A stretch of DNA of 64,000 nt, from assembly GCF_018350175.1 (NCBI RefSeq), contig NC_058368.1:236346001-236410000 (forward strand), in the 5' to 3' direction. Made by a program: the position numbers and the translations under genes. Position 1 is the first letter of the stretch; each line of letters begins with the position of its first letter. The notes beneath the pieces were generated by a model that saw only the letters and a list, made by a program, of their open reading frames with translations, was not told the origin of the DNA and searched no databases. Shown here piece by piece: positions 13,150 to 25,790 of this stretch. The stretch comes from Felis catus (taxonomy: Eukaryota).

Positions 13150-13910
13150 TTCTAATTACTATAAAAATCATAATACTCAATATTTGAAAAACTTGTAAAA
13201 TATAAATTCCTTCCAGGAAAGGAAGACAATAGAAATCATCCCTAAATTCCTCTTCCAAAAAAACCTACCTTTGTTGTATCTTTCCATTGCTTTTACTGTA
13301 TAGATGCATGCATACACATGTGTTCTGGGTCGAATTGGGTCCCCCGCAAAAGATAAGTTCAAGTCCTAACCGCCGGTGCCTGTGGGTGAGACTGTATTTG
13401 GAAGTAGGGTCTTCGCAGTTATAATCAAGATGGGATCACGCTGGATGAGGATGCGCCTGAAATCTGCTGACTGAAATGCTTATGTCAGAAAACATGGAAA
13501 AACGCGAAGATGGGTGTACGAACTGGAGTTATACGGCCACAAGCCAAGGAACACCAAGGATTGCCAATAACCAGCAGCAGGAAGAGGCACGGTGGATTCT
13601 GTTCTAGAGCCTTCAGAGGGAGGACGGCCCCGCAGACACCTTGCTTTCAGACTTCTATCTTCCAGAACTGTTGGAAACTAAATTTCTGTTGGTTTAAGTT
13701 ACTCTGTTTTCAAAAATTTGTTATGGTAGCCCTGGGAAATTGATACAACACATTTTACAAAAATAAGATCCTTTGATATATACTATTATATGTGTGGACG
13801 ATGACTCAACAGTGCATTACTGATGGTTTTCCATGTCGCTGTTTCACCTTAACAATCCTTTTGATAGGTGCTTGGTTTCCATTAAATGCATAAAACATGA
13901 TTTATTTACC
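13150..13910 (-). mobile_element. Very old L1 (L1ME/L1MC-type) 3'UTR fragment, interrupted by an MLT1 LTR
   Basis: AT-rich flanks such as cattttacaaaaataagatcctttgatatatact and ttttccatgtc lie on both sides of the LTR. Confidence 0.5.
13319..13747 (+). mobile_element. MaLR solo LTR (MLT1B/C-like)
   Basis: TG...CA ends, ccacaagccaaggaacaccaagga and agccttcagagggag...gacaccttgctttcagacttct. A 5-bp ACACA duplication flanks it at 13314-13318 and 13748-13752. Confidence 0.9.
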
Positions 13911-16849
13911 AAGTGAAAACAACAACAACAAAACAAAACAAACAAACAAACAAACAAAAAAACAGTGCAGAGGGAGCCTCCAGGAGACCCTTTCCTGTGC
14001 ACAGGGATGTGCCCGCAAGCTTCTTTGTCCTGTGCACAGGGATGACACAGCCAGGGGCTCCTGCCAGTCCCAGGTCATGCTTTTCTGGCCTTGAATGGTG
14101 ACATTCACAGAGCTGAGCATTGCAGATCCTGTGCGAGATCAACCCCGCTCAACCTTCCCTGAGACTGGAAATGTGCACTCGTGCGTCTGTTTTCTGCAGA
14201 GGTAGACGCCTGGCTCCCCTGCTCTAAGGGCAACGGGCCCCGCGGTGCCAAATAAACCTACCAGGTCACCCTCCCCACCCAGCTGTCATCCGAGATGTCA
14301 GCCCTTACATCGCTTACATCCACCGAGGGGCCTGTCCACGGCTGTCGGCTCCTTCTAAATACCAGATCGACGGTGAGTGTTCCTGGACATCAGTTCCAAA
14401 ATAAAGACAAAACCTGACCCCAGATAATTTTATGTGGATGGGCGTGCATCTCTCAGGCATCCAATATCATCATTTACCTCTCAGGGCTCCGTGAGCTTCT
14501 AAGTCAGTAACGTGTGGTACCCGCTGAGTTATTTCTCTGCTGCAAACTTTTCCTTCCTCGATTTCAAGCTACCAGTGGTTTAACAACAGGCTTGCAGATT
14601 CCTGACCTAAAGGACGGGCTCTCATGAGCCTGTCTGGGCCGGGGCGGCCCTCTCCTGGGTCACTCAAATGCGACCTTGGGAAAATCCACCTTTCTTGCCC
14701 CTCACCATGGATTCTCATACAGGGAAGAGTGTAGGCTTTGCCCTAGTCTTTCTTCACCCACAGGTAGGGGTGGCCACGCCTGACTGCTGGGTGCAGGAGG
14801 GAACGGATGGCCACGGCCACTCCTGCCCCTCCCACAGCCACCAGCATCCGCCCAGACCACTCGGGACAGCACGGCAGGGGCCTCCCAGGCTCAGCGGCGG
14901 GCATTTTGTGCTTACGCAGTGGAGACCCTTCTGCGTCTCCTTCTGGCCGTGGCCTCACTGGCAGGAAGGTGAAGGATGCTGGCAGGTGCCCAGGGGGAGG
15001 CCTCTCTCCCCACTGCTCAGCGAGGGCCAGGAGAGGGCCAAGAGGCCAAGGTCGTGCCCCTTGAGGAGCCACGGGCCCGGACACCTGTCCAGTTACCCTC
15101 CTTTCACAGCAGAGGAAGCAAACTAGAACAACAAAGCTGCAGTGGGCGTTTCTTGTGTGAATATTTAATTGGGGGGCCAATGAAAGCTGAGAGGAACGCC
15201 CACATCTGTGCCGGATGGAGCTGGTATTTGCATACCGTTCTACTCATTTACATAATTGTCTGTATCTCTTCTAATCTGCTCTTTGCTCCGCGTCTGTCTC
15301 CCGGCTATCTAGTATCCGTGTCCCCAAAGCCACTCTCTGACTTCAAGAATAAGTACTTGAACCCCACATGTTTTCAGACTTACCGCGCGCGCGCTTTAAA
15401 GTGACTTCTAGAGCTAGAGCGACTTGACGTGTAGAGTGATTTTAAAGTGAGGTTCAGAAAATATTGATAAGCTTGGGGTTTTTGAATGCTGTGTTAGCAT
15501 GAAAATAAATCTACTTTAAAATTACGCAAGACTGGCGTTGAGAATTCAGAAACTGTGTGTTGGTGGGGGCAGAATATTTCGGATGCTTCAGCTGATAACC
15601 TGCGGTGTGTATTTCCTTGCATTAGATCCTCGGAGGTGCGTTCAATTAAAAGGAGAGAAGAGACGTGATCTCTGGCTTGTTTGTATGTTTGTCTGTTTTT
15701 ATAAGTGGGTTATAACAGGAAGTCTGGAAATAGTAATCCCAGCCCAGACTGCTTCATTTTGGAACAAGCACACATTCTACACCTAATATGTTAAACCGAG
15801 ATTAATGGTGAGTTTTAATTACCCGTATGGATCTATAGCCATGTCTAGAGGAAAAACTCCTCTCTGATCCTGTGCCTTTCGTTCTTATGATTCCTTTTCC
15901 TCCTTCTACTTTCTGAGCTCACCGCCAAGATCCCCCAAAACAAGCATCTTAAAGTCTTCATTCGAGGTGGTTTCCTCTGATCCAGACCTATCTGGAGACG
16001 GACAAAAGACGCCCGTGTCCAAGCAGCCGGCGTTCAAGGCTCCATCTGTTCATACAGCGTGTGTGAGAACAGTCTGCACCAGTGTGCTTCTCGAAAGGAG
16101 TGCGAGGTTCCTTTCGCTTTACTTTTGAGACTTTGAAATGAATTCCGTGACGAGAAGTCTGTGCCCGAAAGCCTAGATTCGGGCCTTCCCACCCCCTCGT
16201 GCTGGGGGAGCTGGCCGTCGGGAGAGGAGGTGGGCCCTCGTTTTCCTTCTGTGCTGATCCAAATGCAAGCCTGCTTGGACTGACCCAGGGTGCAGAGCTC
16301 AGAGTTGGGGCGGTGGGTGGGGCGCAGAGCCAGTGGGAGTTCATCCTGTTCGCTGATCACTAAGGGGCAGAACTGTCGCCCAGGGAGGCTCGGAGGACCC
16401 ATCCCCAGGACTTCTGGGGACAGAAGTCAAGCGATCGGGGCAAAGTGTTGCATTTTACCCAGAACACAGGCTGATAGGAAAACTCATTTTCTGTTGTCAG
16501 GAAACTTCTCTTTCTATGGTGAGAAAAGCAAGAATCACCGTGCGCGTTCTCAGAGATGCAAACTGCCATTCTCATGTAACTTTTTTTTTTTTTTTCCGGA
16601 AGGGACAAATATTCTGCATACGCATGCATCTACATTTACTGTGTTATTTCTCAAACCCGACCCGTTTACAGATGTCACTGAACTCCGGCCACCAAGGGGT
16701 GCCATCCTCCTCCTGATTCAGACAATGCTGTCAATCAGCCACCCGCTGCCTGGTCCCAGGGCTTTGTCCTCAGGTCCCCACTGTGTCCGGGCAAACATCT
16801 GAGCTTTTTGCGGGAGGGGGTTTGCACAGGGTTTTCTGGGGAAGAGAGC

Positions 16850-17050
16850 CCACTTAATTGTTAACTCCTTGTCTACACGTAGCATCTGTTGACATTAGTA
16901 ATGTAATTGCACTGATAATGAGCTCGTTGACTTGGTGTGTAGGGAATAATCAGTCAGGACATCACATTTGTCTTGCTTTACTTGACGGCCCGTCTCCCAC
17001 ACTGAACAGACAATGTGGGCACGGCCATTGTTTCAAGGAAATGAACCAAC
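16850..17050. promoter_or_regulatory. Candidate enhancer or conserved non-coding element
   Basis: Repeat-free block with several TAAT/ATTA sites and an inverted SOX pair ACAATG-N10-CATTGT at 17010-17031. Confidence 0.35.
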
Positions 17051-17520
17051 ACAAGCCTCCTCCCCACCCCCACCCCCCACCCCGGCCCATCACCACCCAC
17101 CCCCCACCCCGGAGAAGGGCAGCCTCTCCACCCTGTCTGTCACCGGACGGGGACGGTTTTCAGAAGGAGCACAGACATGGCGTCTCTAGGACCCACCGGG
17201 TCTCTGACTCTATTTCCCCAGGAGTGAGCCGTCTGCAGGTGACTCGCCTCCTCCGATCACAGAAAGGCCAGGGACGGCCAGGCTGGAGGTAAATTTCAGT
17301 TTCAAAAGCACGAGACTGACCCTGGCAGTAGAGGCAGGTGGTTGCCCGAGGGGGCCACCAGACCCATGTGCCAGTAGAAAGTGTAATGTGTGATGAAAAG
17401 TCCCTTTCCAGGGCTGAAACCTTGAACTCTGTGACAGGCAGGCAGCGATAAACAAGAGAGTGGGATGAGGACGCCAAGTTCAAGGAAGTAATGTAGGAAA
17501 TATTCTTCTGTTTCTTCTTT

Positions 17521-17744
17521 TTTAAAAAAAAATTTTAATGTTTATTTATTTTTGACAGAGAGAGAGAGAGAGAGACAGAGCATGGGCGGGGGGAGGGGCA
17601 GAGAAAGAGGGAGACACAGAACCCGAAGCAGGCTCCAGGCTCCTAGCTGTCCACACAGAGCCCGATGCGGGGCTCGAACTCATGGACCATGAGATCATGA
17701 GCCAAAGTCAGACGCTCAGCCGACTGAGCCCCCCCCAGGCGCCC
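17521..17744 (-). mobile_element. Can-SINE
   Basis: Canonical head and tail. Perfect 17-bp TSD tcttctgtttcttcttt at 17504-17520 and 17746-17762. Confidence 0.97.
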
Positions 17745-18082
17745 GTCTTCTGTTTCTTCTTTATTCCCTTCTCCAACTTCACCTGCACTGACTCTGCTTC
17801 CTTGGCGTAGACCCTCAACCTCCCAGCAGCCAGTGCCTGTGGCCCCACGGGGCAGCCGGTCCTGGCGGGAAGGGACACAGGGGTGGGCCCACGTCACCTG
17901 CCTGCCGACCTCAGGCTTGGGCTCCCTGCCCTGTTTTTTCTCTCCGTCACTTCGAGAGAGAGGAAACTGAATCTACTTTCCTTAACACTAATCAGTTCCG
18001 ACATCACATTTATTTCATCGAAGCCTGATCCTCACCCGAAGTTTATCACTGTTTTTTTTCATTCCTTCTTTCTCCCTCTTGG

Positions 18083-18084
<2 letters not shown>

Positions 18085-18125
<41 letters not shown>
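18085..18125. repeat. (AC)n microsatellite
   Basis: About 20 perfect AC units. Confidence 0.98.
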
Positions 18126-18130
<5 letters not shown>

Positions 18131-18380
18131 CAATGCAGGTGTGAAGGAAGTCCCTTATCTTTACAGTAGTTCACTCATTGCCCAAGCTGCCCCCTTCTGA
18201 TGTCCCCTTGTCCATCACGTGATGGAAGGGGAACTGAAACATACACTGCCATCCATCTATATCCTTCCACCCAGTGGCACCGTGGGTGATGCCCACAGCT
18301 AGCCAGGATTGTGCCTCCTGCCAGCCCACAGCCGGCCCTTTCTGCAAACTCACAAACAAGGGAAACTTGTTTATGAGTCT

Positions 18381-18603
18381 TCTTTTCTTTTCCTTTTTAA
18401 TGTTTATTTATTTATTTTTGGAAGAGAGACAGAGAGCAAGCAGGGAAGGGGCAGAGAGAGACAGAGGGACAATCCCGAGCAGACTCCGTGTTGTCGGCAC
18501 AGAGCCAGATGCGAGGCTTGATTGAACTCACGCTCCCGGAGATCATGACCTGAGCCGAAACCGAGAGTCAGGCGCTTAACCGACTGAGCCCCCCAGGTGC
18601 CCC
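18381..18603 (-). mobile_element. Can-SINE
   Basis: gagatcatgacctgagccgaaacc...ttaaccgactgagccccccaggtgcccc with a T-rich tail on the + strand. Confidence 0.95.
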
Positions 18604-19157
18604 CATTAGTTTTTGTACCTGTTCCTGTGAGCAAGGGGACAGTTTGGCTGGAAGGGACAGCCTACAACCATAGACACAGCTGCGGCTTCAGATGTAGAAG
18701 CACATGTAGCTGTGGTGTGTGTTTCATGTGTATTATCTGGAGACGCACGTTAGCAGGAAGATACTGTTTAAAATGTCAGTAAGGTGGGGCTTCACCCCCG
18801 TGTCACTAGTGCATTGCGAACATCACCACAAGTGTCGTTACAGTCTGAAATTTGACCGGAAGTTCCTTGGAGTAAATCCCCGCAAGAACTTTGCACCGTT
18901 AAGTATCTTTGGACCGTTAGCCAGAGACATGTGATACCCACTTCCTCTCCCGGTCGCAGCGATCCTGTGCCTCAGAGAAAGGAGGCGGACGGCAGCGAAA
19001 GAGGCACGCCGTACCCCCCGCCTGCCCCACTCTCCGTGTTGTTACACTATAAACAACAAGCATAAATCAGAGCCCCAATAACTTCCTGCAAAGTTTGAGA
19101 GTCACCGGTGAACTTGGAGACTGACGTGGAAGGGAGGATCGGGGATACGTGATAGCT

Positions 19158-19408
19158 TATTTTTTATCTATTTCTTATTTTTTAATTTTTTAAGATGTTT
19201 ATTTGGAGAGAGCGAGCATGAGCGCATGTGCGGGGGATGGGGAGAGAGAGGGAGAGAGGGAGACAGAGAACCCCCAGCAGGCTCTTGGTTGTTGTCAGAG
19301 CCTGTCAGCACAGAGCCCGACGCATGGTTGGATTTCGTGAACCATGAGATCGTGACCTGAGCTGAAATGGAGACTTGGCCGCTTGACCAGCTGAGCCCCC
19401 AGGTTCCC
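19158..19408 (-). mobile_element. Can-SINE (diverged)
   Basis: cagcacagagcccgacgc...gagatcgtgacctgagctgaa with a GA tract and T tail. Confidence 0.93.
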
Positions 19409-20609
19409 TGACACTAAGTTTATATTCTTGCATATTTGTCAACCAGACTATGCGCGTGATTGCCGATTCAGATCAATTTCCATCATGACGAGGAAGGAAA
19501 CCTAAATATGATATTTAAGAGTTCAACACAGGGCTTCAGGTAGATGCATGTCACGTCTACTTCTGTGGTACTGAGCGCACAGGGCCATCCAGATGGGTCT
19601 TTCAGTCATTCGTCTTCTCAAGTTCAACAACAAATAATGAGTTAAAAAAAGACAAGGGACGGTGCATATACTCGTCACCCACTGAACGTAAATTTGCACG
19701 GTGTTCAGAGCAGGGTGAACTGTGAGAGTGCTCAAGAAAAATGACAGATACATCACACAGCGGCGAATGTCGGCGTGGAGTCTTCTGACGGGCCACATAA
19801 GGAGCTTATCTTAAGCCCTTGAACAAAGAAAAAGCTCCCTAAAATAAAAGACTGTATGCTAAGCCTAACTAATCCCTACACAAGTTAATATTAAAGCAAA
19901 TAGTGGAAACAAAGAAGAAGTTTATAATTCCCTGCTTGATTGCTGGCCTCTATGTAACACGTCCTTTCACGAGTGTTCGAGCGCCGTGAAGTTATTCCGA
20001 AAGCAGAAGGCAGCGCTGTGTGTTTGGGGTATCGGCAACAGGTGCCTTGTTATGCAAGTTGTTTTTGACTGGTCTTTATAAATACGCAAGTAGGTTGAAG
20101 CAGATAAAGTAAGAAGGATTTTAACTAAAAAAAAAAAATAACAACACACATTGGGAAAATGAAAAGGCAGTTAGGACTTAATTAGAATTATTAGCAGTGG
20201 TATGTCACTGCTGTTACTATTACAGTGAAATGAATTTTCTAAAATCCTTAGGTATTAAAACAAACGTATGCGCGTAATCCGGCACTTAGCCTGCACACCT
20301 GTTCTGTGGAGGTTGTTTTTGTTTTGTCGTTGAGACAACTGTGGATTTTGGAAGAGCGGGCACAGGAGAACGCGTTGCCTGTTGCATTTTGTTAGTCGGT
20401 ACTTGCTTGATGGGATCAAGACCAGGGTAGGGTCCAAAGAAAGTGCCCTTTTTGAATCTCAGAACCCTAGAGGAAGGAGCCTTTTTAAACTGAACAGAAC
20501 AGGCCCTCCTGGGTGGCAAGGGGTGACTTCAAAGGTGGGGGTACATGGGCAGGACTGCCGGGCACTGGCTCTGGACCCCATCCACCACCACAGCAGAAGG
20601 CAAAAGGCC

Positions 20610-20852
20610 TTCCCTCCCTTCCCCTCTTTTCCCTCCTCCTTCTGTCCTTCTTCCTCCCCTTCCCTCTCCCCTCTCCCCCCTCTTCCTCCCCTCCTCCTCT
20701 TTTCCCTCCTCCTCTCCCTCCCCTCCCTACCTTCCTGCTCTCTTCCCCTCCTCCCTTCACCTCCTCCTCTTTCACTTTATCTCCTTCCCCTCCTCCCCAA
20801 CTCCTCCTCCCCCTTCCCTTTACAGTCCCCCTCCTCTTGTCCTCTTCTTCCT
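20610..20852. repeat. Polypyrimidine (CCT/CT-rich) low-complexity tract
   Basis: About 240 nt that are almost entirely C or T on the + strand. Confidence 0.95.
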
Positions 20853-21639
20853 ACTTGGTCTTTTCGTACTATATTATCGTAATAAAAATTTCAACAGCTA
20901 GAGCTCACACACACGAAAACACCTTCAAAACTACTGTCCTGGGAAAAACTAGGAACATGTCACAGCCAGAGATTGACACGATTCCCTTTGAAGGGAGGCA
21001 ACCAGTCACAACAGCCATGATGAGCGTTCTAGCCACAGGACAACCTAGCACTCACCGTCTGGGTTGCCGATTTCCTTTAAAGCTTGAAGGAGGAGTGTGG
21101 GGTCTGGAAATGGTTCCAGGCTCATCCCTGCTGTCGGCAAGTCAAGCTATGAGGTAGAGGAGCCCTGGATGGAGGAAAACATGTCTGGGGGCCCAGCTTC
21201 CTCTAGAACCACCCCTCACCGCCCGTCGCTGGAACCCAGAACCACGCGTGGTGCCCCCTCAGGTGTGCCCATCCCGGGTTGTTTGTTGAGCAAGTGCCGC
21301 ATCAGACACAGTCAGAATTCCTGAGGAAATTGCGGCAAATTCAGTTCCTCAGAAGGAATAAAGGAAAGACCATTTCTGCTGGTGGCGCTGGACTGGAGTC
21401 ACGGGCTTGGTTCACAAACGACTTCACTCGGTTGTCAGGACACTTAAATACAGGTCTTTGCAGATTTTCCTTCAACAGCTTTTGAACCCAGATGCGTGCA
21501 TCTGACCCAACATGACTGTGATGTAATGAAATCGTGATGAAACGTGTCTTTACACACTTAATATGAGCAGAGACATGGATGTCACCAATGAGTATTCTTG
21601 AGGTAGATAAAGGGGGTTAAGGTTACGGATGGCCAATCC

Positions 21640-21745
21640 GTCTGGAATCCCAGTTGGGGTCCTTCCCAGGTGGGTCATTTCCTTGTGTCTCACTCTCATC
21701 TCCAAAATGGGCAAGAGGTAGGAATAACACCTGTTCCCAAGGCGT
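21640..21745 (+). mobile_element. MIR fragment
   Basis: ctcatctccaaaatggg...aataacacct resembles the MIR core. Confidence 0.5.
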
Positions 21746-21790
21746 CCCATTCATGCATCCAGTCATTTATTCAACAGCATTTATTACTTC

Positions 21791-21809
21791 TTTTTTTAAA
21801 AATATTTAT

Positions 21810-21852
<43 letters not shown>

Positions 21853-21977
21853 CCCAAGCAGGCCCTGAGCTGTCAGAGTAGAGCCCATCGTGGGGCTTGA
21901 ACCCATGAACCCATGAGATCATGACCTGAGCCAAAACCAAGAGCCAGACACTTAACTGACTGAGCCACCAGTTGCCC
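21791..21977 (-). mobile_element. Can-SINE inserted in an L2-like 3' terminus
   Basis: Long (GA)n tract and canonical head. Degenerate TSD ttattactt / ttatcactt. The left flank cattcatgcatccagtcatttattcaacagcattt is L2-like. Confidence 0.93.
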
Positions 21978-24900
21978 TTATCACTTGCTTCTGCCTCCTA
22001 TGCTTACCCAGTTCTAAACACTTTGCTTGCACTGTGTTATCTAATGATACACATGAAAGTACTTTACGTGAATCCAGGGTACGTACAAATAAGCAGTGGC
22101 TTGTTAATAGCATTTTTTTTTAATATTTAGTTACTGTCTAGCTTCACTTATTCCTGACGCATCGGGAAACAAAATAACTTTGATAAAACATGGGGGAGAT
22201 GTAACCTTCTTTTACGCAGAATTGTACCTTAAAAACACCAGATAAAGGGCTGTCCGTTTTAGTTTTCAATATTTTCTGACCATCTTGAGAAAGCCAAGCA
22301 TGTGGGATACCAGCCTTTCTTGTAAAAAAGTTCAAACTAGTGTTTAACCTACATGCCAATTTTTCCAGATAAAGTCAAATCATCTGTTAGGTTTTGATGG
22401 AGTTGATGAACATCTGGTCAACCGTAGGAGTGAAGATTAAAGTCCTGTGGCGAAGACCATAGAGACACAGCTCCTTGATTCATGAGCAAGGACTTCCTCA
22501 GTGCTATATACACTGCAATCATGTTGGCCATTTAATCAAGGTTTTGTAAGTCCAAATTAAAAAAAAAATTAAAAAAAAAAAACATTTGTTTTAACTGCAC
22601 ACTTGGGGACTAAGCACCTTGTGACGGAACCGTGGGATCGGGCTCTGAACAGTTAGACCAAGAGGAAAAGTATGGACCCCAAAACAAGAATGCCATGTGT
22701 TCACTGCTTCCATACATGATACCAAAATCCAAGAAGACTGAATTAAGGTCTTTCCTTGGAACCAGAAGCAATATGTGGTGTATTTCTATAGAGGTAGACT
22801 TAATTCCAGGGTCTCCAACTGAGACTAAGGGAGGGATATCTTTGAGTAAGGGGGAGGTCGGGGTTGACCTACTCAGAACTTACTGCACAAAGGCGTTTGC
22901 TGTGGCGGCTCTTGAAACCATGAGCACCCCCGCCTCCAATGGTCACTCCAAGGAGAGATGACTCAGGTGTTTCTTTGGAATCCGGGTGCTCCTAAGCATT
23001 GCTCTATGGCTTTGTACCATCCAATCAACTCTGCTGAACTCAGCGCCTTCACAAGCAAAATGGACGGAGGTCACTACCCTTCTGGATGTGCTGAGCATTA
23101 AGTCAGATGATGTGGAATCCCACCTCAGTGCTCAGGGTGCTTCCTGTTTTTTCCCTGCCTTCTCCAGCACCCAGCCAGTCTGCTTGTCCGTAGCTCTACC
23201 CTGAACATTCTCCTCAAGCGACTTAAAGCTATTTTCTATCATTCAATGCCTGGAGTTTTATTCAAAAGGAACCTTGAGGATTATTTTGGGTGGTTACAGA
23301 GACTAATAAAATGCTTGGCAGGTGGTTGAATGTTGTGGTGAGCTAATGTCTCAAAAGTCTTTCGGGGAGGGGGATGAAAATGATTCCCAGGAATATTCAT
23401 AATGTTTAAAATAGGCACTGGTAGTAATTGGGTATATGCAGAATTTTATCCGATTATACAATTTGATTACAAATTCTGACATCACAATTATAAAAAGAAC
23501 TTGACGTTATTAAAAATGGGATTTTTTCTCAAATATCTATCATCTCCTTCTTTTAAATTTCTTGACAATAAAATTCAGGTAATGAGAATGCTCTTATAAA
23601 AAAAATACTCTTGGGACTATGAGGCAGTAAAACTTTATTCAAACTCATTACAAAGCTTTAAAATAAAAGGCATTCTACTTCAACATTTATTGAGTAGACT
23701 TTTTTGGTGTGTGTGTGTGTGTGTGTGTGCAGAGTGGGGAATGCCACGGTCTCTTTAGGCACACAAAACACAGTTTCTCCTTTTATACTAAAAGAGCCAA
23801 GACAAAAGATGGCGGGCTTGTTGTGTTTAGCACTGAGATAAGTCTCAGGGGTCTAGAGGAAGCTCAGAGACGGTCTAGGGCAGCCACTCACTTTCTCCTT
23901 GAAGAGTAAAAGACATGAAGCCCTGCGAGGGGGCGGCTGATCCCCATGTCTCAGCGGGGCACAGGGAGAGCAGGGGAGGACACTCCAGCAGTGACTTGAC
24001 TCTCCATCCGGAAGCTCACCGCCAGCCTGCATACCACCTACGACAGCCGGCTCTGGACCCCAGAGCACAGAAACAGCTATGTGCCCACATTTGATCGGAG
24101 AGTAGTCTACACACGGGGCTGTGGGGCGGGGGCGGTCGTAGAAATAAAAGGACATGCTTTCTGTTTCTCCTGGTACATCGCTCTGTCCTGAGATCTGCTC
24201 CTCTTGGGCCATGTGGCCTGGTGACATCCAGAAAGGCGGTTCCTCTGAGGGGTCTTCTCGTCATGGGGGCTTGTCACCATCCTGCACACGTCTGAGCCCA
24301 CCTGGCCCGTTGTCCCCGGTGGCCGATATTTTGTCCATCTTCCCCCTGCGGGGACCCTGCTTGCCTTCTCTCTGCTCGGGCGGCAGTGCGGGCACGCGAG
24401 GGGCTCTCCACAAGGGATCGGCGTCTTTGTCAATGGTTTAAGGGGAGATCGGTGCCCAGATGGTGCCACAATACAAGGTTCTTTCACGGGAGAAAATACT
24501 GTCTCCAAATGTGACAATGACTGCACCTTAGGGTACCATCGGTTTTAGAATTTTGGATACCGTGGCTATCGACACCTTGGAGCCCACTTGGAACTCTCGA
24601 GTTAGACACCGAGGCTTCCACGCGAACACTGCTTCTCGCCAGCCCCACAGCTGGGCTGCCGCCCACTGCAAGGTCATGGCCTGTGGCAGCAGGACCTCCC
24701 CTTCCGGTGAATGAGGTGAGTTCAAAGCCCCGATCTCCAGCACTCCTCTCCTAAATGCTCCCTCCATGCTTCCCTTAGATGCTGCGAGGATCTGCCTCAG
24801 TCATTGTCCTCCCACCCAATCACGTTTCTCACCACGTAACCACATTCAGTGTCTCTTTGCATCGAATTCCCTGTAACCCCGTGCTGTCCACCAGGGTCAG

Positions 24901-24989
24901 ACCTACACCCCCCAGCGTGTGCTGGCCATCCCGACCGGTGGGCACGTTCGAAGCCTCGCTGACTTCTTAATCCCCTCTCTCCAGTGCCT

Positions 24990-25340
24990 TTCCTTTGTGG
25001 ATCTCTTAGTTCCTATTTCTGATGCAGCACGCCATCTGTCCGTACACAAACGCTCAAAACCTTGTGGGCTTCCGTGACTCCCCTTCTGCCTTCTCCCCCG
25101 AACCCTGCATGGTGATCTGTTTTGCTTCTGCTGCTTCTCAGTACAGTCCTCGGGCCGCCCTCCTGGACCACAGGTGCTGCTCCCTGCTTACCTCCCTGAC
25201 TCAGCTCTCTCACCGACCTACTCTGTCCTGCGCAAATCTAGGCAATGATATTTTAAAAATTCCTTTAGATGTGCATATGATCGTGTCTTACTCACTCAGA
25301 ACCAACATCAGCTGGCTTCCTAAGCCATGCCACCCGGCTT
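24990..25340 (+). mobile_element. LINE-2 fragment
   Basis: caaaaccttgtgggcttccgtgactcc and tgatcgtgtcttactcactcagaacc...tggcttcc. Confidence 0.55.
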
Positions 25341-25619
25341 CCAGAACCGGGGCGGTCTTCACCATGACCCCCCAACCGCCCCCGGTGCTGTATGCTCCAC
25401 CCTCCATCCACCTCCTTGGTCCCCAGTGGATGGAGCTGCCAGGGTCTCCGCATCTGCCCAAACCTGCTGCTTCCATAGTCCTGCTCACATGGTGTCCCCA
25501 GTGCAGTGTGTGTGACTGAGGCAGTGAGTGCCCACGTCTCTCCCATACTTCATGCACGTGGGCCATTGAGACGGGGGGATTCATATTGGAATTCAGGCCA
25601 TCGTTGATTTTGTTTACTA

Positions 25620-25790
25620 AATTTACCACCTGTTGGCCACATGCCAAACACTCTGGCTGTATTATCCCTTGTAACACGTACAATGACCTTCTGAAATAGA
25701 CAAGATTATCCCCATCTTGCAGACAAAGAAACTGCAGCTTAGATCGAATATTGAAGACAGAGTCACAGAATCTATCAAGGCACGTGGAGT
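25620..25790 (-). mobile_element. MIR
   Basis: attatccccatcttgcagacaaagaaactgcagcttaga matches the reverse MIR core. Confidence 0.75.

Noticed and set aside
13993..14044. CRISPR-like palindromic repeat-spacer-repeat
   Set aside because: Only two short copies, in a mammalian context with no cas genes.
20382..21157. Long Pro/Ser/Leu-rich ORFs (up to 214 aa)
   Set aside because: They arise from the stop-free polypyrimidine tract.
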